The notes below the pieces were generated by a model. The model was not told the DNA's origin. It made no database searches and was given only the letters and a program-made list of their open reading frames with translations. This document shows, in pieces, positions 8,648-14,689 of a DNA stretch of 34,422 nt (positions are counted from its first letter, which is position 1; each line of letters starts with the position of its first letter). Made by a program: the position numbers and the translations under genes. Source of the DNA: Patescibacteria group bacterium (GTDB lineage: Bacteria > Patescibacteriota > Minisyncoccia > Ryanbacterales > GWA2-47-10b); the NCBI GenBank assembly GCA_038063855.1, contig JBBTUF010000001.1, positions 1 through 34,422 on the forward strand. The letters run 5' to 3'.

Positions 8648-9385
8648 TCACCCTCCTTCTCGTAGACATATTTCGAGAAAATTCCGAAAGACTTCCGCAC
8701 CGTCTGGGCAATCCTTAACTGTCTCTAGAACATTTCGAAGACGTTTGGCTTCTTTATAGTTACCAGATGTTTCAAGTTTTTCTGCTCGTCCACCGAGAAG
8801 TTTGTGGAATATTTCAGGTGTAATTTCGGGATGAAACTGAACGCCCCACGTTGTGCCAATTCGAAATGCCTGAATGCCAGAATGATCGTTTTCAGCAAGA
8901 AGTATTGCATTTGATGGTAACTCAACAACATGATCGCCGTGCGACATCTGAACGAAACCTATCTCTGGGAAAGATTGAAATAATGAATCTGCGGCTCCTG
9001 CTGTGGTTCGCCGAATAGGTACGGAGCCAACCTCTCTTCCTTGTTTATGTCTTTCTATTTTTCCCTCAAGAGCTTTTGCGATAGCATGATGACCAAAACA
9101 AATCCCAAGGATGGGAACTTATCTATGATACTCGCGAATAATTGCCAGCAAACTATCGAACCATCCTGACCATGGCAAATCAGAAAAATTATGGATTGAA
9201 CCAGAAATAATAATTCCGGCTAAACAATCGATGAATTTTACATCTTGGATTGATCGAATACCGTCTACTTTCACCAGACAATCTCTAGAGAAACCAACTC
9301 GAGACGCCAAATCTTTATAGATCTCGACTATGTCAAAAAATGAATCGTCGAGAATATCGATAACAACTACTTTTTGCTGGGTCAT
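8648..9385 (-). pseudogene. class-I glutamine amidotransferase (GuaA-N/COG0518-like) interrupted by one in-frame TAA
   Basis: Track ORFs 9119..9469 and 8648..8947 are in the same frame (171 nt = 57 codons apart). Reading through the TAA at 9119-9121 gives ..EYHR*VPILGICFGHHAIAKAL.. (nucleophile elbow GICFGH), then ..GVQFHPE.. Start is ATG 9385, after GGGAGG. Confidence 0.8.
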
Positions 9386-9436
9386 ATTTGCCTCCCTTTT
9401 GTCAAAGAACTCTCGGGTTGTTTTTGTCCGCACAAT

Positions 9437-9672
9437 GCAAACAAAAATCCCGTCCTTTTGGTACAACAAAAAGTTATACTAAAAGGACGGGGTTCTGCCG
9501 TGGTGCCACCTTTCTTTCTCCGCATTAAAACGGAGACACTTTCACTGCCGCATACCTTTACATGTCTGCAAAGAGATAACAGTTATCCTATGGTTACGGA
9601 GGAAGCCGTATTCTCACTTACGCAAAAATCACCCTGCCCGCCTAAGCGAGCGATCAAGGCCCAACCCTTATA
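9437..9672 (-). promoter_or_regulatory. T-box riboswitch leader including its intrinsic terminator (9437-9492)
   Basis: Minus strand reads AGAAAGG-UGGCACC-ACGG-CAGAACC-CCGU-CCUUUU. This is the T-box sequence with the canonical 7-nt UGGNACC antiterminator bulge flanked by helices AAAGG/CCUUU and ACGG/CCGU. The competing terminator CCCGUCCUUUU...AAAAGGACGGG plus AUUUUUGUUUG shares the CCGUCCUUUU strand. A stem III-like hairpin UCUCCG..CGGAGA lies just upstream. A TATAAT box sits on the minus strand at 9681-9686. Confidence 0.78.
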
Positions 9673-9754
9673 ATGTTTGTATTATAAGGACCAAAATCAG
9701 GGGTTTTTCGATTTTGCAAGTTTCTATATATTAGACTATCTATTGTCAATTTAT

Positions 9755-9782
9755 TTGTCAAGTTGCAAATATTTTATATAAC
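9755..9782 (+). promoter_or_regulatory. putative sigma70-type promoter for the chorismate-mutase-like::MTase - trpS unit
   Basis: TTGTCA (9755-9760), 16-nt spacer, TATAAC (9777-9782), in the AT-rich divergent intergenic region. By eye only. Confidence 0.3.
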
Positions 9783-9833
9783 TCTAGTCTATAGGAAACA
9801 CCATCTTTAACAACGGCCAAAGGAGGCCAGCAT

Positions 9834-10991
9834 ATGAAAAGCCATGACGACCTAGAGGCCGAAAAGAAACAAATCGGCAAGCTCATCGAGACGGGAGACG
9901 AGCAGCTGTTTGATTGGATCAGGCGACGAATGACACTGGCCCTTCGTATCGAAGAGGTCAAACGGGAACTGGGCGAGGAAATCGTTCGAGTAACCGTTGA
10001 GAGTAAGCGATTGGATGCTGCAGCACAAGTTGCAGAACGGTGCGGTTTGAATCCGCATTTTGCTCAAGCTCTGTTGTACCTCATTATTGGCGAGTCCTGC
10101 AAAATGCAACTTATGCAATGGCAGGGCCATCACGATCAGGATTGGGAAGAACTCAACGAAGAACAGCAGTACGATGTTTTAAAGCGCAACCTATTGTGTC
10201 TGACTGAGGCGATTGCTTCAAGATATGATGCGGACTATGTAGTTCGACCCTCAGCAACACACATCTATCTGCAATACGAAAAGAAGTTTATACGGCAACA
10301 ATTACAAGGCTTAGTCGATCGGTCACTGGCCGTAGACATCGGTTGCGCTACAGGTCATAAGACCTTAAAGCTATTGGAAAAAGATTTTGGGAGCTTCCAG
10401 CGGGTTATTGGGTACGACATTAGCCCTGCAATGATTCAACGCGCCATGGAAAACGCAAAAATTCGTAACATTAGCGAGCAGCAAATCGCTTTCAGCGTTG
10501 CTGACATGGACGAGGGTATTTCACTTCCTGATTCTTCGGTCTCCTTCGTCCTTATGAATCTTGGTACGGCGGGGGATATCCGAAACATCACACAACTCAT
10601 CCAAGAGGTTAAGCGAATTCTTATACCTGGCGGAAGAGCTTGTTTCTCGTTCTATAACAAGGAAGCTCTTTTGTACCAACTAGGCTTCTTGCCATGGTCA
10701 GTAAGTCTCGCTGCGGAAATCGACCTACGAAGGCATTATTTGAATGTGCATGCCGGAGGACAAATCTACCCCGTATATGCGCGTGCATATACGGTACCTG
10801 ATGCAACAAACCTCGTTCAGCGCGCACTTAATGTCACGAGCGCTACCACATACCCAACAATCTGCTCAATATTGCCCAATGCTATCTTTGAGGGTGAGCA
10901 GATAGTAAGAACCCTCAAAGATGTTGACCATAGTGTAGCTAACCTCAACTTGGGCGCATATATTCTAATTTGCGCCGAACGAAATACATAA
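9834..10991 (+). CDS. fusion protein: AroQ-type chorismate-mutase-like domain + class I SAM-dependent methyltransferase
   Basis: The N-terminal ~95 aa is a three-helix AroQ pattern (..RRRMTLALRIEEVKRE.., ..VESKRL.., ..FAQALLYLIIGESCKMQ). The C-terminal part has VDIGCATGHKT (motif I), GYDISPAMI and ILIPGGRACFSF. AAGGAGG lies 7 nt upstream of the ATG. Confidence 0.72.
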   Translation: MKSHDDLEAEKKQIGKLIETGDEQLFDWIRRRMTLALRIEEVKRELGEEIVRVTVESKRLDAAAQVAERCGLNPHFAQALLYLIIGESCKMQLMQWQGHHDQDWEELNEEQQYDVLKRNLLCLTEAIASRYDADYVVRPSATHIYLQYEKKFIRQQLQGLVDRSLAVDIGCATGHKTLKLLEKDFGSFQRVIGYDISPAMIQRAMENAKIRNISEQQIAFSVADMDEGISLPDSSVSFVLMNLGTAGDIRNITQLIQEVKRILIPGGRACFSFYNKEALLYQLGFLPWSVSLAAEIDLRRHYLNVHAGGQIYPVYARAYTVPDATNLVQRALNVTSATTYPTICSILPNAIFEGEQIVRTLKDVDHSVANLNLGAYILICAERNT

Positions 10992-11000
10992 GGAGGACAT

Positions 11001-12032
11001 ATGCCTACACGCATTCTCACGGGAGATAGACCAACAGGTCCGCTTCATTTGGGTCACTACGCAGGTTCTCTTTCTGAACGTCTTCGTTATCAAAATGAAG
11101 TACGGGCGGAATGCTACTTTATCATCGCCGATTATCAGGTGATGACAGATCGCGAAGATACCTCGGAAGTAGAAAAAAACATCTTCGAGGTGATGCTCGA
11201 CTACCTTGCAGTAGGAATCGTACCATATCCTTTTCAAGAGCCCTCAAAAGGAACATCTGTTGTTTTCATTCAGTCGAGAGTCCCACAGCTTGCAGAGTTG
11301 TTTATGTTTTTCTCGATGATTACCACAATGGCAAAAGTTGGTCGCAACCCGACAGTAAAAGAAGAAGTGCGCGCCGCTGGACTTGAATCTCGAATGTCGC
11401 TTGGCATGTTTAGCTATCCCGTATCTCAAGCTGCCGATATTCTTTTATTCCAGCCGGACTACGTGCCCGTGGGAGAAGATCAGGTTCCTCACATCGAAAT
11501 GACTCGTGGGGTGGCACGAACTTTCAACAATCTGTACGGTGAAACATTTAAGTTGCCCGAAGTAGTCATCAGTAATGTTCCTCGGCTTCTCGGACTTGAT
11601 GCCTCACAAAAGATGAGCAAGAGTCGTGGCAATGCCATTTACTTGAGCGACGATGCCGATACGGTGCGCGCGAAGATCAAAACCGCCGTAACTGATTCTG
11701 GTCGCGAAGTAGTTTTCGATCTTGTAAACAAACCGGCCATTAGTAACTTGCTCGTGATGTATCAACTCGCTACTGGTACCGATATGGCAGACATTGAACA
11801 TGAATTTGCCGGAAAGGGCTACGGCCATCTCAAAGCACGGCTGACCGAGGCGTTGAATTCATTCCTAAGCCCAATTCGAATGCGACGCCGAACGTATGCT
11901 GGCGATAAGTTGATGGTTGCCCAGCTCTTAAAAGCTGGCACTGAACGAGCAATTGTCGAGGGCGAAAAAACAATGCAACGTGTGAGGGAAGCTATGAAGT
12001 ACAACTACCCACACATTTTTGACAATCGGTAA
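11001..12032 (+). CDS. trpS: tryptophan--tRNA ligase (GDRPTG..HLGH type, resembling auxiliary TrpRS-II-type enzymes)
   Basis: LTGDRPTGPLHLGHYAGS (HIGH motif reads HLGH), KMSKS present verbatim (QKMSKSRGNAI), 343 aa. TAAGGAGG RBS. Confidence 0.9.
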   Translation: MPTRILTGDRPTGPLHLGHYAGSLSERLRYQNEVRAECYFIIADYQVMTDREDTSEVEKNIFEVMLDYLAVGIVPYPFQEPSKGTSVVFIQSRVPQLAELFMFFSMITTMAKVGRNPTVKEEVRAAGLESRMSLGMFSYPVSQAADILLFQPDYVPVGEDQVPHIEMTRGVARTFNNLYGETFKLPEVVISNVPRLLGLDASQKMSKSRGNAIYLSDDADTVRAKIKTAVTDSGREVVFDLVNKPAISNLLVMYQLATGTDMADIEHEFAGKGYGHLKARLTEALNSFLSPIRMRRRTYAGDKLMVAQLLKAGTERAIVEGEKTMQRVREAMKYNYPHIFDNR

Positions 12033-12042
12033 AAGAAATCAA

Positions 12043-12072
12043 GGAGGTTACTTAGGTAGCCTCCGTTTTTTA
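12043..12072 (+). terminator. rho-independent terminator after trpS
   Basis: 9-bp stem ggaggttac / gtagcctcc with tetraloop ttag, then GTTTTTT. Confidence 0.75.
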
Positions 12073-12153
12073 TAAGTTCAAGAGATAAATTGGCAACCAT
12101 ATTGCCGATTTGGTAAGATACAGCCAAGAGTTAAAAGCAATTTCAGCAAATTT

Positions 12154-13179
12154 ATGAAACAAAACTTTAACGCATGGGATGTGAAGATAGAAGATTTTTT
12201 TGAGTTACAAACGGCTCAAGAAAAACTTTCTTTTCTTCTCAATTTTGCGGTTCTCGCACCATCGAGTCACAATAGCCAGCCGTGGTCGTTTCGCGTAACG
12301 AACAACGAGATAAAAATCTATGCCGATATGGCACGAAGTCTACCCGCAAGCGATACAAACAACCGCCAACTTTTGATTAGTTTAGGCTGTGTACTTGAAA
12401 ACATTTTAACTGCCGCAGAATATTATGGCTACGAGGTAAAAGTATCACTTCTCTCTGACACTGCCGACAATTCATGCATTGCAAGCATTGTATTTTCGGA
12501 AGCGCAAAACTATATTCGCCCCAAACATCATGCTATTTTTACAATACCAAAACGCCGCACCAATCGAACAAAGTACGACAACCGCCCACCCGAAGAAGAT
12601 TTTATTCAGTGGGTATCGAGCCTTGCGTCTGAAAACACCCAGTTTTTTTTAATTACCAACAAAACTAATAAAGATGCAATCGCAGATATTGTTATTGAAG
12701 CAGGCATCTCCGCAATGGAAAGCACAGACTTTCGACACGAATTGTCGCAATACGTAAAAAATAACTATACAAGCTCACCAATCGGAATGCCGCTGTATGG
12801 TTTTGGAGTACCCGGCCCAATCTCGCTTATAGCCCCTTTCATGATGAAATTTGTGAATATGAACAAAGTAAACGCAAAAACCGATAGCGATGTATTAAAA
12901 AACTACACGCCCGCAGTATTAGTTATTGCCACGCGTGACGATACTCGCAAAGAATGGCTTGAAACGGGGGCTCTCTACGAACGAATTGCGCTTGAAGCTG
13001 AACGCCGGGGTTTGAGCACTGCACCAAGTGCGGCGGTGATTCAAATAGGGGAGTTATATAAAAAACTTCAGGAAACACTCAAAACAAACTATCGCCCACA
13101 ATTCTTTGCGCGCGTTGGGTATGCTAAAGATACCACCAAACCAAGCCCACGCCTTGCGGCTAATATGGTTTTGAAATAA
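12154..13179 (+). CDS. Acg-type (tandem) nitroreductase-family FMN oxidoreductase
   Basis: LAPSSHNSQPWSF near the N-terminus, ~340 aa (double nitroreductase length), C-terminal ..ERRGLSTAP.. Confidence 0.7.
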   Translation: MKQNFNAWDVKIEDFFELQTAQEKLSFLLNFAVLAPSSHNSQPWSFRVTNNEIKIYADMARSLPASDTNNRQLLISLGCVLENILTAAEYYGYEVKVSLLSDTADNSCIASIVFSEAQNYIRPKHHAIFTIPKRRTNRTKYDNRPPEEDFIQWVSSLASENTQFFLITNKTNKDAIADIVIEAGISAMESTDFRHELSQYVKNNYTSSPIGMPLYGFGVPGPISLIAPFMMKFVNMNKVNAKTDSDVLKNYTPAVLVIATRDDTRKEWLETGALYERIALEAERRGLSTAPSAAVIQIGELYKKLQETLKTNYRPQFFARVGYAKDTTKPSPRLAANMVLK

Positions 13180-13188
13180 GTGTAGTTA

Positions 13189-13695
13189 TTAAATTCTCAC
13201 TCCTACTGCAGTTGCAAAAACTATCGCTACTGAAAGCAGTATCACCGTGTCTGCACCAATCCATAATGCTAAAAATCCGCCGCCTATCATGGAGAGTCCT
13301 ACAGCTACCTGTACAAAGCTATTATGCACTCCAATTTTCCCAGTAGCCCCGCTCGAGTAGTGAGCTATGAGTATTTGCTGCAGCGTCGCGAGAGAGGCTC
13401 CCAAAGCACCATAGAAAGTTTGCAGAACGTAGAGTGGAGCGTTAGGTACTAAATAGGCAAGCATCACCAACCCCTGCAACACAAGAGTCCACGAAAGCAC
13501 TCTTAAAGGATTTCTGTTCTCACAAGCCCATCCTACAAGGTATGTGGACGCTATTGACCCAAGCGACATAAGCCCAAAGAGCAACCCAAAAGCCTCCAGA
13601 CTATTGCCACGTCCTATAAGAATTTTGTACCACGCAGGCGTAAAAAGCCCAATGGCGAAATAAATAGCGAACTGAATATATGTGATTTTTTTCAT
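13189..13695 (-). CDS. small polytopic membrane protein (looks like half of an MFS-type transporter)
   Basis: Start taken at MKKITYIQFAIYF (ATG 13695). Five or six hydrophobic spans. The upstream 43 codons of the track ORF overlap the neighbouring gene and are rejected. Confidence 0.5.
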   Translation of the reverse strand: MKKITYIQFAIYFAIGLFTPAWYKILIGRGNSLEAFGLLFGLMSLGSIASTYLVGWACENRNPLRVLSWTLVLQGLVMLAYLVPNAPLYVLQTFYGALGASLATLQQILIAHYSSGATGKIGVHNSFVQVAVGLSMIGGGFLALWIGADTVILLSVAIVFATAVGVRI

Positions 13696-13777
13696 AATTA
13701 AATAAGATGAGAGGTGTTGGAAGGGACATTTAGTAACTAGATAAAAAGATTTAAAAAAAAATTTATAAAAAATATCT

Positions 13778-14449
13778 CTAGAGACCGCTTCCTTCCAAGA
13801 TTTGTTTTGAGCTTGTTCTGGCAAGTTTGTCGAGAGTAATATGATGTTTGCTCATAAATTTTTGAACAATTAGATACCCAAGTCGGTAGCCAATCCAGTT
13901 TGGTAATTCTCCTGACGCGTAAAACCATTCTCCTTGAAGTTTTAACTGCTCAGATATACTTCTTTTTTGAAGAAGTTGTTCCTTTACTTCATGCCAAAGG
14001 GCTTGTTCATTTTTAATTTTTTGAATATACAAGATTTTCCGTTTTGGCAAAATAGATTGTTCAATAAAACAACCTATGCCTTCATCTATAAAAATATCCA
14101 GAAGAGTGTTCCAATCACCGACGGCTTTTACTCGAACAACATGAGAAACTTCATGATACATAGTTAAAGGTAACTCAGTCTTAATTATTGTATCAATGTT
14201 CTTTTTCGAAAAACAAATCTTAAAATCTATGCGCGATGATCCACCGAATGTAATTGCCGCAAGATGCATTTTGGGATGGATTTCCCACGCTTCAGCTCCA
14301 AATATAGCCACATTAATATGCTGTTTGTATTTTAAAATTTGCATGGCTTCACTTAACCCCTCGAATGCATGAACAGAAACTGCTAAACGATACTTCGCAG
14401 GGATTCCAATAAGATGAATATTGCCATTTTTACAAACACGATTAGTCAT
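13778..14449 (-). CDS. predicted Zn-dependent protease (HExxH, DUF2268-like)
   Basis: LTMYHEVSHVVRV (HExxH) followed by IDEGIGCFIEQ, a possible third-ligand Glu. 223 aa. Confidence 0.55.
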   Translation of the reverse strand: MTNRVCKNGNIHLIGIPAKYRLAVSVHAFEGLSEAMQILKYKQHINVAIFGAEAWEIHPKMHLAAITFGGSSRIDFKICFSKKNIDTIIKTELPLTMYHEVSHVVRVKAVGDWNTLLDIFIDEGIGCFIEQSILPKRKILYIQKIKNEQALWHEVKEQLLQKRSISEQLKLQGEWFYASGELPNWIGYRLGYLIVQKFMSKHHITLDKLARTSSKQILEGSGL

Positions 14450-14478
14450 ATGTTCTATATATAATATAAAATAATATT

Positions 14479-14506
14479 CCCTGTGGTGCCCTTCGTCACC
14501 ACAGGG
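14479..14506 (-). terminator. perfect 10-bp hairpin after the precursor ORF (terminator or mRNA-stabilising stem)
   Basis: ccctgtggtg / caccacaggg with an 8-nt loop, 9 nt after the precursor stop. The minus-strand tail AATATTATTTTA is A/T-rich but not a clean U-tract. Confidence 0.5.
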
Positions 14507-14515
14507 ATTTTCTCG

Positions 14516-14650
14516 TTAACCTTTTCCGCAAGTACCACCGCCACTGCAAGCGCCACCACTACGAAGTGAGTAAACTTGTTTATCGCCCGTGTATGGCCGA
14601 ACCTTTGCTGTGACTTGCGCGGCTGTTTTACGCATTACAGACTTTTTCAT
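14516..14650 (-). CDS. RiPP precursor peptide, 44 aa, TOMM/LAP-type (MKKSVMRKTAAQVTAKVRPYTGDKQVYSLRSGGACSGGGTCGKG)
   Basis: Hand-translated from the minus strand: ATG at 14650, TAA at 14518-14516. AGGAGGTG lies 8 nt upstream. It begins 39 nt after the stop of the SagB::YcaO gene on the same strand. The core-like tail contains only Gly, Ala, Cys, Ser, Thr and Lys. Confidence 0.7.
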   Translation of the reverse strand: MKKSVMRKTAAQVTAKVRPYTGDKQVYSLRSGGACSGGGTCGKG

Positions 14651-14689
14651 AAGCTTCACACCTCCTATCAGGCCTTGTTGGCGTTTACT

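Noticed and set aside
8647-8700. Upstream start of the TrpD-like ORF at 8700
   Set aside because: It would overlap the amidotransferase 3' end by 53 nt. ATG 8646 follows AGAAGGAGGG and overlaps the upstream TGA in a typical coupled junction.
9119-9121. The internal TAA as evidence for an alternative genetic code (or UGA/UAA reassignment as in some candidate phyla)
   Set aside because: TAA cleanly terminates several well-delimited genes here (alr, the MIO lyase, trpS, aspS), and TGA and TAG also end genes at expected lengths (the amidotransferase itself, scpB, scpA). No other gene needs read-through.
8648-9469. Two separate small genes (8648..8947 and 9119..9469)
   Set aside because: They are in the same frame and together rebuild one class-I amidotransferase. 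The catalytic GICFGH lies in the gap between them, so this is one gene with an internal TAA.
9374-9673. 99-aa plus-strand ORF from the track
   Set aside because: It is antisense to the T-box leader and terminator, whose conserved sequence and alternative helices explain this interval completely.
13696-13824. Long N-terminal extension of the membrane-protein ORF (track start 13824)
   Set aside because: It overlaps the 3' end of the protease-like gene. MKKITYIQ at 13695 begins the first hydrophobic span and is the more plausible start.
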